From NCBI GenBank assembly GCA_020536535.1, contig JAHLWZ010000171.1:156288-220287 (forward strand): a DNA stretch of 64,000 nucleotides, read 5' to 3'. Both the position numbers and the translations under genes were made by a program. The notes beneath the pieces are model-generated. The model saw only the letters and a list, made by a program, of their open reading frames with translations, was not told the DNA's origin and did not search any database. The DNA is from Pelomyxa schiedti. Taxonomy: Eukaryota; Protista; Evosea. Position 1 is the first letter of the stretch; each line of letters starts with the position of its first letter. Shown here piece by piece: positions 12,793 to 24,009 of the stretch.

Positions 12793-14575
12793 ATGTCGGA
12801 TTATCTGGGTATGATGCTGAAACTCACAGAGATGGAACGCCACCAGTCCGTCCTGGACTTCGCCACTCTGCAAAGCCAACCCCTGTCTCAGTGGGAGCAG
12901 GAACAACATAACAATCCAAATCCAAGCCCAAGCCAAAGCCCAATTCCACCCCTGGTCAGGAACTGTCCAACACCATCACTGGATAGCGATAATTCACTGG
13001 GTACTCATATTTTCAATGGGGCTACGCGCGGGGTTCCTACTGGCTTGCCTGTCTCTTCCTGCTCTCCTGAGTATACTCAGGCGTGTACGGCACTGCGCTC
13101 TTTGACACCTTGCAGTAAGCCAATAGTTGTGAGAGACTTAGCGCCAGGTGTTAGCAGCGGAATCGGCAAGGAAAGGGAAATGTACAATGGCAATAAAGCT
13201 CAAGCTAATTATAACCTTTCGTGCACTCCGCCGCCACGTGTGGATCAGCCTGTTAATCCAAGAGAATATTTGAGTGATTCAACTCCGACCACCTCCTCTG
13301 TTTCTGTACCGGTTCGTCCGGGTCAAAGTGGAGATGATGACAACGAAGGGGAGTCTCTTCATGAGCTGGACTCACAAGATACCAAGAAAGGGGAGTCCCA
13401 AGAAACTCCCCTTTCTTGTATTAGTGGACTGGACACCGCGGACGACGACAACAGTAGTTACAGTCCAATTCGGGTTACATTGCCTTCAACGAAACTTTAC
13501 TTCGGAAAACCACTCAAGGTAATAAGGGCTCCTTAGTCTTGCACTAACATTAGTAACAGTTAAGCATATGTGTGGTTAGATCCTGGCGTCTAGCAGTAGG
13601 CATCCCTCAGCGTCAAATTTTTACAGCCGGTTTGAATATGACCTGTATTAGTGCCCTCTCTGCTGAATCGTTTGTCCCTTCTGGTAAACACCAACTTGTA
13701 TTTTTTTTTTCTTTACCCACATTAGAAGTACATTGCTTCAAATGCAGAAAATATACTGGACGACAGGGAAAAGTGTTTAAAGTATGCTAGCTTCTCTTAC
13801 TTTGTACTCTACCCTTAAATATTAGGTGTGGGTGGACAACTACTTCCCTGAGGGCTTGGAGGACTCACCTATAGAAAAGTACTGCTTTGTGATCCAGTCT
13901 TTGTGTAGCTCGTCACGGTTTGTCCCTACTTCAATCAAAGGGTTGAATCTCGCGTTAACCACTCTTTGCAGTGATCACCTTGGAGGAGCTGTACGTTTCT
14001 CAATAAACCTTGGAAATCTGACAGCCGCAAGCCGGCCACTACATCTAAGAGCACGCATCAAAAAGCCTCTGAATCCATCAGGACCAAAGGTGCCCAGTTC
14101 CAAAACCCAAAAGGAGATGCAAAAACGTATTCAACACTTGTCCCCATTTTTAATCTAATTCCGCTCCTGGCAGCTGTGGATGAGAATAGTGCACTCGTGC
14201 CCAGTATCCCATGGCACATTCCAACCAAGTGGACAACAACAGTACCAGGTACATTGATATTCACACAGTAGCATGAACCTCTCACCATAATTTCACCAAC
14301 CAGTCACTGTCCGCATCTTGACAATCAAGCTGCCTAGTGATGTTGTAGCAAATGCGGTTGTTCAGCACCGCTCCTTCCGTATGCCTGGAGCTCACTTTCA
14401 AAGTGCACAAATGGTAGAGGCAAAGGCCCCATCAAATGGAATATGGGCCATAGTCACTCTGTTTGAAAACTTGGAAGCTGCCGAACTGTCAAACAACGCA
14501 TGGTCCACTGCAATGAGGCACATAATCGATGCTGGGTTTATACAACTTCATACACTGTTTCGTAGCTGGGAGTGA
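12793..14575 (+). CDS. Hypothetical protein: acidic/Pro-rich N-terminus + Cys/His-containing globular domain (possible p53/CudA-like DNA-binding fold) + C-terminal domain
   Basis: Long first exon, then short GT-AG-bounded exons giving KLYFGKPLKLSICV, EVHCFKC and LCSSSRDHLGGAVRFSI..SRPLHLRARIKK. The family call is a by-eye alignment only. Confidence 0.6.
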
Positions 14576-14790
14576 AAGACCCTCACCGAGCATGTTGCTA
14601 CTACTGTCTTATCTGTGGATACATAATCTGTTTTTGCTCTATCCCATCCAACATTTAACTTTGCTTGGGTGTGATTAGAGAGGAAGGGAAGGGGAAAGAA
14701 ACAAAACAATCGTATTTATTTTTATTTCTTTTTTTCTCCGTTTTTTTTTTTCGTCTCCTCAACAGGCGGAAAAACAATACGAAACGAAAA

Positions 14791-15687
14791 ATGTCTACGG
14801 CGTACGGCACACCAGCCAAATACAACCCTGATGCCCCACGGGTGGACCTGAGTCTCCCTTGGCGTGACGTTCTGCCCAATGTTGGTCCCGTAATCTTGTG
14901 TGCGTTGGATAACAGTCCTAAACCGTACCCAACGTTGGAATAACTCTTTTCGAACATAGGCCGTATGGAATCACAACACATTCCTGTAGTGAGAGATATC
15001 CTCAATTTCGAAATCGAGCAAGGTTGTCTAGTTACTTAGCTTCCAGTCTCCAGCACTGCGAATTCTCTAACTTTTTTTATAACCATGTTATTTTTCTAGG
15101 CAATTCTTACCCGCAAGAAAATCCTCTTTCTACTGAGGAATTCTGTAACTATTTTTTAAGGTGCGTGCATGTGAAGCACGAGACTCTGATGTTTATTTCT
15201 AAACTTCGAAATTGAAGCCATGAAGCATTTGTGCTTTGTCACGATGTGATGCAAAGAGATGTCATAGGAGCATTTTATGTAAAGCCGAACTTCCCAGGCC
15301 GCGCATCCCACGTGTGCAATGGAGGATTTCTGGTTGCAGTGAGTCAACGCAACAAAGGAGTAGGCAAATATCTAGCTGCTTCCTTTTTGAGAATAGCAAA
15401 GCTTTTAGGATACCGCGCGTACGTATTCCCCATTCACTTCACCCCTACTGTCATTTGCCAACTGCATTCAACACTGAGCAGGAGTTTCTTTAACCTGGTT
15501 TTTGGGAACAACCCTGCATCATTAAGATTGTGGAGAAGTTCTGGGTTTACCGAAACTGGCGTAGTTCCAAACTGTAAGAACTTATCCATTTTCCAAACCC
15601 GAAACAACTTATTCCTCCAAAGGTTTGAGACTAAAGGACGGCACCTACACTACTGCGCACCAATTCTACCACGATTTGAGTAATTGA
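14791..15687 (+). CDS. GNAT acetyltransferase, Mpr1 (azetidine-2-carboxylate acetyltransferase)/Spt10-like
   Basis: SYPQE, GAFYVKPNFPGRASHVCNGGFLV, RNKGVGKYL, FNLVFGNNPASLRLW..GF match the Mpr1-type GNAT signature. Confidence 0.85.
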
Positions 15688-15743
15688 TTTAGTTTTGCAA
15701 GAAAAACTGGGGCAATAAATAATGACTTTTGGCTCTTTTTGGT

Positions 15744-17043
15744 TTAGTCCCAGGCGTGACCAGCACAGTTCAATACCAGATCAGAGCACTTGTGCTTGTA
15801 CAAACGGACCAAAGCGGCACGGGCAGGGGTGAAGTACTGCCTTGGGTCAAAGTGGTCTGGGTGTAAGGCCATATACTCCCTGATTGCAGCTGTCATTGCC
15901 AAGCGGCCGTCTGTGTGTGGAGTTGGGTCAAGGTGTGATTGGTGTGGGATTTGGCTAACCAGAATCAATGTTGACCTTGCACACAGCGGACCTCACAGCT
16001 TCCCTTATTTGCTCCTCGGGGATACCAATTGCATCATCAAGGTGTCCACCGTACTTGTTGATTGTAGCCACGTGCTCCTGTGGGACTGAGCTAGACCCAT
16101 GCATGACAATGGGGAACCCAGGGATACGTCTTTCAATCTCGTGAAGAATATCCAACCTGATCTAGTACGGGTGAGGAAAGGAGAAGAGGCAAGGTAAAAG
16201 CTTACTCTGGGTGATGTTCCAGGCTTGAACTTATAAGCACCATGGGAAGTACCAATGGAAATTGCCAAACAGTCAACACCAGTCTTTCGAACAAAGTCTT
16301 CCACTTCATCAGGGCGCGTGAAGTGAGCACTTTCGTGGGAGACCTCATCTTCAACACCTGACAGAACTCCAAGTTCACCTTCAACCTAAGGACAGAGTTA
16401 CGGCCTCCCAAAAAAATAAATGCCCTACCGTGACGTCGCGAGCATGAGCATACTCAACAACACGGCGTGTAACTTCGACGTTCTTGTCATAAGGCAATGC
16501 TGATCCATCAAACATAACATTGGAGAATCTGATGAATTGTGTTTAGAATCACGGGCATAATAAGCGGAAACCCTACCCTGAATCAATGCAAGATACGCAA
16601 GTCTCGTAACTATCGCCGTGATCCAAGTTCAATACAATAGGAATACCTTTATCGTGTGAGTGCTTTTGTTAGAAGGAAATGTTATCAATACCCTTGTCAT
16701 CGTGTGCAAGTTCCTTGGAGTACTCAACGGCACCTTGTGCCAAAAACCTCAAAAGAGTTTGGTTGGCATACTGTATGGGGGGGAAAGGCGTAAGTTAGTT
16801 GAAAGTACAAAGTACACAACGCGTAAAGAGGAAAATTACCGCTCTAGCTCCCTTGGAGACTTGGAGAATAACAGGCGACCTCGTTTCAACACAAGCTTGG
16901 ATAATGGCCTGCATTTGCTCGAGGTTGTTGAAGTTGAAGCCGGGAACAGCAAACCCGCCGGTAACAGCACGGGCGAAGATGTCACGCGTGTTGACTAGGC
17001 CCAGTGACTTGTACGAGATTTTAGGTGTCGCGGTGGCTGCCAT
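15744..17043 (-). CDS. fba: Fructose-1,6-bisphosphate aldolase, class II (bacterial type)
   Basis: [62 protein letters not shown]. Confidence 0.95.
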
Positions 17044-17225
17044 GTTGGATCTTATCTTTGGTTGTTTATTATTTTTTTATGATTTTTTTCTGTCTTTTAA
17101 GTGATCGGGGCTTCTAATTTACGAGTTTGACGAAGGAACACTCAAATAAAAATTATCCATGAAACGCTCCAGAAGTTATTTTTATCTTGGTTTGATGTGT
17201 GGGTCTCGTTTGACACATTGTCAGG

Positions 17226-18485
17226 TCAGTACTTTGTTCTGTAGATGTCAACCTCAATGGATGTGCCTGAGAACCCAAGCTGTTTCTCCAACTGCAAAAG
17301 TTGCTGCAGGAATCCAGTGTTTGGGTGCACAACGGGCCTTGCAGTTGCTACAATTGCAAGTGCGTCACTGGCGTTGCAGTGCCGCAGTTGCATGAGGCAT
17401 GCAATCGCAATTGTGGGAGACCTGCTCACGCCGGCAGCACAATGTATCAACACCCTGCTTTTTGGATTGGATTGTGCAGTTTTGACAAAGTCAAAGGCTG
17501 GCTGGAAGAATGGATGAATTTGGGCTGTGCAGTGGTCTTCTACGGATATTGACATGTGAGTGATGCCATTTGTGCTGATCATATCTTGGATTGGTTGGTC
17601 TAATGGGCACACACTTATCACATGGCTGAACTTGAGTCCGGAAAAAATGTGAGGGGTTGTTAGGGATGCCATTGGTCCTAGATATAGAAAATCTGGCATG
17701 GGATTAGTGACTATATTTATTACCATATTAAAATATATTATTATTTATTATTATAATATAGGAGCTGAATTATTCACCTTTTACGATCATGCAAGGAAAT
17801 GCTTCAACATCTGGAGTGCCTGGTGGGTTTGGTATCATAGAGAAGAACTTGGCTGGAGCCGTGGGACTCCCAGAGCAACAGAGCAGACTGTATTCTGCTG
17901 AAAATTGCTGGAATCCACCAACCAGCATTGAGAGTGTGACTTCCGGAAGCGGATCACCGCCAAGTTGTGAGCTGGACTCCTGACGTCGGCAAATTATGGG
18001 AATAAGGCTCTGCAGATGCGGGCATGTGCGGACCATGTCAAGTGCACAAGTGCTCCCAGAGTCAATAAGAAGAACATTTGTTCTTTGTCTCCAGGCCAAA
18101 CGTTGTTGCCTTGGAAATTGTTAATTGCAATTGTGCAAATCTTTGCGAAATTAATCTGATTTAATTCAGGCACAACAGACACCATTACAAAGGCGAACCC
18201 ACTCATTCATTTATTTACGGTGGGAAGTAAGAGACTGGCAGAAAGGAAATAGGTCCAGATGTCTTGAAGCCTGAGCAATCAGGCACGTTAAAAGAGTGCA
18301 CGATATGACAGCTGTCAAACTCTGCATTTGGCACACCTCATTACAAAAGGAAAAAAACCAAAAAAAAAAAACTGGGTGCCACCTGCTCTAGACCTTACAT
18401 CGAGAACCAGAAGCTGACCACACAGCAAAGAGTTGTACACGTCGTCACACACTCGTTCAGCAATAACGCCCGTAACGGCAGCCAT
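17226..18485 (-). CDS. MAP-kinase-phosphatase-like protein: rhodanese/CH2 domain + dual-specificity phosphatase
   Basis: N-terminal LLVLDVR (rhodanese) and DSP catalytic loop VLIHCAAGVSRSPTIAIACLM. Confidence 0.88.
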
Positions 18486-18553
18486 TCTCTCGGAAATCTC
18501 TAATCAACAGAAGCAAACTAAAAAACCAAAACAAGGACACTGAGTCACTCACG
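18486..18553. promoter_or_regulatory. Putative 68-bp bidirectional promoter
   Basis: Divergent ATGs at 18485 (-) and 18554 (+) are separated by an A-rich spacer. Confidence 0.5.
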
Positions 18554-19200
18554 ATGTTGTGGACTGTGATGGTTGCATTGGGGTGCACGGAGGCCGTAAT
18601 GGTGACTGCAATTTTGGCGCCTCTGCCGATCAAATTCCGGGCGTGGTGCGTGAACTCATTCGCTAGGGTTTGCAACCAGAAGTACATCAAGTACGTACGT
18701 GTGGCCAAGCTTTGCTTGTGAATTCTAATTAAAAGACATAATTTTGTTTTTGCTGCAACTAACACAATAAACATCACCACAATTACTTGACAAACAGATG
18801 GGCTCTGGCTACTATTGGTGTGGTTGTGTTCCTGTCATTCATTGAGTCTATTCGTAAAGCGCAGCAAGTGTACACTGAACTGCACTCAAGTCACGAAAAA
18901 GCCCATATGGCCACTGTAACTTATAATCTGTGAGTATCTCGCTTTTTCCCTCCATTTAGTTTATTTTTTGACCGTTCAATTAGGTTGTTTATGTCACAGA
19001 GAAACGAGGTTGTTTTTACCCCCTTTTTACTAGTTTCCTCAAAATCCAATAGTACATCAGTGGAGCGACATTGTTTTTGTTCTACGTTCTGTGGCGGCTG
19101 AGCTATTTCTGCTCCACAATAGAAAAAAACTACAACACCAAAAAACAATAAACCACAGAACTCCATCATCGACAAAACATAAGTTACAGAACATGTGACC
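18554..19200 (+). CDS. BAP29/BAP31-family ER membrane protein; 3' end approximate
   Basis: MLWTVMVALGCTEAVMVTAILAPLP, TM2 LATIGVVVFLSFIESIRK, LFMSQRN..YISGATLFL (family motif FRAQRNxYISG). Confidence 0.75.
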
Positions 19201-19315
19201 TAGGGAGAGTCTCCCCCCCCTCGAGGGTGCTCAGGGATCTACTACTTAATGGCAAATAAGAAATTTCGCTTTTTTTTAATTTTTTTTTTTTTCTTTTCAG
19301 TCATACACTAAGAAA

Positions 19316-20300
19316 ATGCTAGTCTTCGTGAAGGGAGTGTCGGGGGAGACGATGACATTTCAGGTCAGCCCCATGCAGACCGTGTCGTCGTTCAAGTGCA
19401 TGCTAGAGTACAAATTGGGTCGGCAACAGCCCCCACATCTTTCGACTAGAGTCACTCTGACTTTTTTTTTTTTTTTATTACTCCACCAGGCACGTTGTTG
19501 GGAAATGAGAGACTTCTGTTTGGTGGTAAGCAACTTGTGGACGAAGCTACGTTGGCTGACTATGATGTGAGAAATGAGTCCACTATACATTTGACCCTCT
19601 CTCTACTTGGTGGACTGGTACTTTGTTTATTTTTTTTGTATTTATTTTTCCTGGTTTTTTTTTTAATGGTCGTTAGTTGCCTTCATCCCTGTTAAGAACA
19701 GCCGTGGGGCATCAAATGGTGATTCCCTCTCTCCTTCAAGCACTTGGTTTTACATTTTTACATATATATTATCTTCCAGCTTGTTGAACTTAAAAATGGT
19801 GAAACTTACAATGGACAACTTGTGAGCTGTGATGCATGGATGAATATCATACTGCGTAAAGTTACTTGCACATCCAGAGATTGTGAAAAGTTCTGGAGAA
19901 TCACGCATTGCTACATCAAAGGCACCACAGTAAAATATCTGAACTTAGAAGAAGAGGTTCTGGAGAAAGTTGAAGCACCAGGTAAAAGACACATCACACA
20001 ACCGCGCCCAACAACACAAAAAGCCCCAAATATCCTACATACCTCCCTCCCTCCCTACCTACCTACCCACAATCGACACCAAATAACTTTACCACAGCAG
20101 CTCCAGCCACACCCGAGGAAATGACCGAAGCCGCGCCGCCCCCAACCACCGGCGGCCGCGGAGGAGGCAGAGGCCGAGGCAGAGGCAAAAGCGGACCCCC
20201 AGGGGGCATGGGCCCAGGGGGCCGCGGGGGAGGCGGCTCGGGGGGTGCTGGTGCTGGGCCAGGTGGAAGGGGAAGGGGCCGCCAACGCCGCAACACTTGA
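19316..20300 (+). CDS. LSM4: Ubiquitin/FUBI-like domain (76 aa, ending LLGG) fused to LSm4 with an RGG tail
   Basis: Exons 19316-19418, 19490-19617, 19677-19718, 19780-~19981 and ~20107-20300 splice in frame: [10 protein letters not shown]...LFGGKQL...[12 protein letters not shown]|[38 protein letters not shown]...[12 protein letters not shown]. Confidence 0.9.
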
Positions 20301-20570
20301 AGCTTGGAGCGACGCCCTTGTGTCCTTTGCGTGGCTTTCCTTGCAAACAAACAAATAACCAACCAACCAAACAAACGAACACCATACAACCAAACACACG
20401 AACCAAGAAAACAGACCACCAACAAGAATAAGGCACACCACACACTAAAAAGAAGTAAAGAAAACAGAACTGTTGGAACTGTTTTTTTTTTTAACTTGCT
20501 ACCCTTATGGCTTATTCACCCACACTGTCCCTCCAATCTATTTGAATTAAGTTAGATACAAAAGTTGATT

Positions 20571-22734
20571 TTATGGTATTTGTAAAATACCAGTCAAGTC
20601 ATTGTTGATGTTATCTGTAACGTGGAGTGGTGCAGGAGTACATGCACATAGGTCAACTGGCTTAACTGGTACGCTTACTTTTTTGTGTTGAATCTTTTTT
20701 ACAGCCTTGGATAGAGAAAAAGACCCAAATCGAGGTTTTTCCGCATTGGATGTGCCACACATTGCTTGATAGCGTGCTTGCAGTGCTATTCGTATCATTT
20801 CATGGAAGCTTTCCTCAATGTTTATTCTCAGGCAAGCACTGGACTACATTCTGTTTAGGACAAGATGGAAAAAGATGAATACCTCAAAGAAAGGACATCG
20901 CATTTCCTTGGCTAATGCTTTACCCTCTTCTGTGGAGACTTTCCTTTCTGCTACGAGGTCACATTTTCCTCCAATTAAAATTTTTGGGTAATCTATTGTG
21001 TCTTTCAATCTGATGATCTGATCGTGAAACCGTGGCACTTCACAAAACGAATCCCGGGAAGTGGTGGCGTACCTTATAGCAAATAAATAAGTCATGGGCA
21101 AAGGTGCGCCAAACCCTAGAGAAAAAACTTCATAGCTTTTCATGTATCTTTGTAAAGGGGAGAATAGAGGAAATGAAATTGAATAAAACAAAGCCAAGAG
21201 AGTTACTGTTCTCTCATAGCGGAGTACCTTGGATTGGTTAAGGGACAAGAAAATATGGATAGAATTACTCTTCTTGCCCAGCTATTTGTTTCATGAGATA
21301 CGAAAATTTAATGAGGAAGTTCAACCTGTATCAAGAATGTCACACATTACAGTTATGCCATCGACAGTGACCTGCTTCCTATAGGACTACAAATGTTATC
21401 TTTTTTCACAAATTAGTGGCGGATACGTCTTCAATAGTGGGGTCATATTCAGTAATAAAGTGACTCTGCACTAAACCATAAGTGACAATAAAACCCATGG
21501 TAACAAAGTGCAGACCTGAACAAACTGAATTATGGTGGCTGATTTCGTTCCAATTCCACCACCACCAACACAAGCTATCTTTATATCGTCTCTGATACAA
21601 AATTTGAAAGGAGGCACCTGAAAAACAGCAGAAAGTTTCTGCAGAGCAGTTTCGCCAACTACATTATCCCGAATGTTGAGTGAAGCTGGCCTGTGACCTT
21701 CTGATATCGTCGCCAATGTGAGGCAACCAGGCTCTGAAATGTTACACTTTCCAAGGGACAGAACCATTAGAGGTGGTCTCCTACATAGGGCTTGGCTCAA
21801 GTAGGACATGCTGGAATCACCAATTGGATTTTTATCAAGAATAAGCTCTTGTAGGGCAACGTTGGAAATCAAACCACTAGAAAGAATTTGTATGCATTTC
21901 TCATCCAGACCGCACCGGGGCAGCGCTAGAACTCGAAGAGAAGTACTCACTGAGATATGTGGTGCCATCTCAGCCATTGCCCGTGCTGATATTTCAGTCC
22001 TGGACTCAAACTCTTCAAGGTGCTGTAAGTGTGTAGAAAGTGCCTCTGCTTCCTCAACTTTCATAGCAGCTTTCGGAAGACGGTCAGGCGGTTGGACCAC
22101 AAGTACACCAAGCAAATGGCCACACATTGATGATATCCCAGACTTGAAATTGGCATCGCCAGTTGTCACAGACACATTGCGGAGGACTGACAAGTGGCAG
22201 CCAAATGGCGACCTGCCAATCTTGCATTGGTTACAGTGGCCACAATGGCGCTCACCACTCTGGTGGTGCCTATCACCCGCTGCGCAGAGTTCCCCAACGT
22301 GCCTGCAGAGCAAGCTCATAGATACAGGACCAAACGCGTGGCAGCTCCAGTAATATCTAGGTTCGTAAGAGATTGTCCGCAGGTTCCCGAGTAGCCCCCG
22401 AAGTTGGACATATCCGGGTGCCCCATGAATCCCCAAAAGCATAGACAATGAAGGGACGCTGCCAAGATCAACATGTCAAACTAAACTACTGGGGGGAAAA
22501 AGACGAAACAAAAAGGGGGGGGGTGGAGGTCCTCAACTGTACGGAACCTGCGTGGTCCAAGACTAGGTGGTACGAGGGGCCCCCGTTGGTGTTGTCAACG
22601 TGTGCTGCCACGTTGTCGAACAGATCAGATGCAGCTCGCACCAAATCAGTGTTGCATGGGTCGTCCTCCGTCAATGACTGGCCGCACCTCGCTGCCTCCA
22701 GAAGGCGGTCGCTGTGGCCAGGTCCAAAGTACAT
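20571..22734 (-). CDS. Ribonuclease-inhibitor-type LRR protein fused to a Ras-family GTPase domain; 5' exons uncertain
   Basis: LRRs LRVLALPRCGL, LQELILDKNPIGD, LMVLSLGKCNIS run in one ORF into KIACVGGGGIGTKS. Later exons give YDPTIEDSYRKQ, ILDTAGQEEY, LIGGKCDL, FFE. Confidence 0.85.
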
Positions 22735-22981
22735 TTTTTTTTCGCCCACGAAACGATCTGTTTATGGGAAGAGACTCTGTGGGTGATAGACTTAGGTGGA
22801 GTCGAAGTGTTCGTGGAGCGAACCCAGGGGGAGCCTCTGGAATGGTTTAATAGAGGATGAGAGTGTAGTAGTTCAGAACGCCGCAGTTTGTTCCTTATCT
22901 GGTGACTCTCCTGGACTTGCTTCAGGTTAAATTCGTTTAGTGGTGACAGTCCCCAACGAACAACAGAAAAAAAAACCAAGG

Positions 22982-23757
22982 ATGCAGCAGGTGACGGATG
23001 CATTGAATTCGGTGAAGACCATGTTGGGGGCGGAGGAGCCAAAGCCCAAAACGTTTTGGGAGGAGTTATCGAGTAAATTTCAGTTGTCTTGGTTCGCAGT
23101 TAAAACTCTGTCCTTTTTTTTTTCCTCCCTCCTTGTCGTGCCTTCATTTAACGGTTTTTTGGATCAGAGAATAGGTCTGTTCATAGTTTTCATGCTGATA
23201 GGCCTTTTCTTTTGTGGCTTGGTTTGCACCACTTCTCTGTATTCTAACTGATTGCACCTAGTCAACGTTATTCCTCTTGAGCCCCACATCCTTCGCCAAG
23301 TTCTACACCTTTGGTAGTATTTTCATAATTGCCAGGTACATTCATAACTTCAATTCTGTTTTCTGAGTAGTGGCAGCACGTTCTTCCTTGTTGGACCAGC
23401 AAGACAAGTTTCTAGCATTTTTTCTGACAAAAGCCGGGCTATTTCGGCTGGAATATATATTAGCACCATTATTTTAACTTTGTACAGTGCTCTTTATGTA
23501 CGTTCCCACCAATTCCATGAGTTTTTTGTTTGACACGCCACTTCTAGCTTCACTGGATATCTCTCACAACACTAGCGGTCATGGTGCAATTTGCTGCTGC
23601 ATTATGGTACCTCTCTTTAGTGCATAACACCAACATCTCTCACAAAGTCTTAGGTACGGGGCCTCTTACATTCCATATGCCCAAAATTGCCTCGTCTCCA
23701 CAGCTCGTACTATTCTTCCAATATGAGGCCCACTTCCGTACCTTGTTTCAACTATAA
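22982..23757 (+). CDS. SFT2: SFT2/Got1-family vesicle transport protein
   Basis: LSW..RIGLFIVFMLIGL, LSPTSFAKFYTFGSI, TFFLVGPARQ, WYGASYIPY; four hydrophobic segments. Confidence 0.88.
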
Positions 23758-24009
23758 ACCAAACCACATTCCTTTTACTATGGCGCGGGAACCTTTCATG
23801 AAAGGTACTTAGTCATACAAGAAACAGGGCAACGACCACCGGGTTGTTGTATCTTCACTATGAGCAAAGACAAAGGTGAGGCGACTCTGCCATTTCAGCA
23901 GCAGTAGCCTTTGGTAACAAGAAAAACTCTTGTCACCAAATTCGGTGGACTTTTTCCTCAGACCTCGTATTCTCCGATCGAACAGTTCAATCGATATTTT
24001 AATTTTGAG

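Noticed and set aside
19666-19676. Independent ATG for LSm4 inside intron 2 (atggtcgttag)
   Set aside because: Read through, it is out of frame and stops at 19695; using it would need an 8-nt intron. The upstream GT at 19618 gives a clean in-frame fusion.
20571-22734. Roco/LRRK assignment for the LRR-GTPase
   Set aside because: The GTPase has Ras effector and G3 motifs, and no COR or kinase domain follows.
23765-23785. U5 snRNA loop-like CCTTTTACTA
   Set aside because: Lacks the invariant preceding G, a convincing closing stem and a downstream Sm site.
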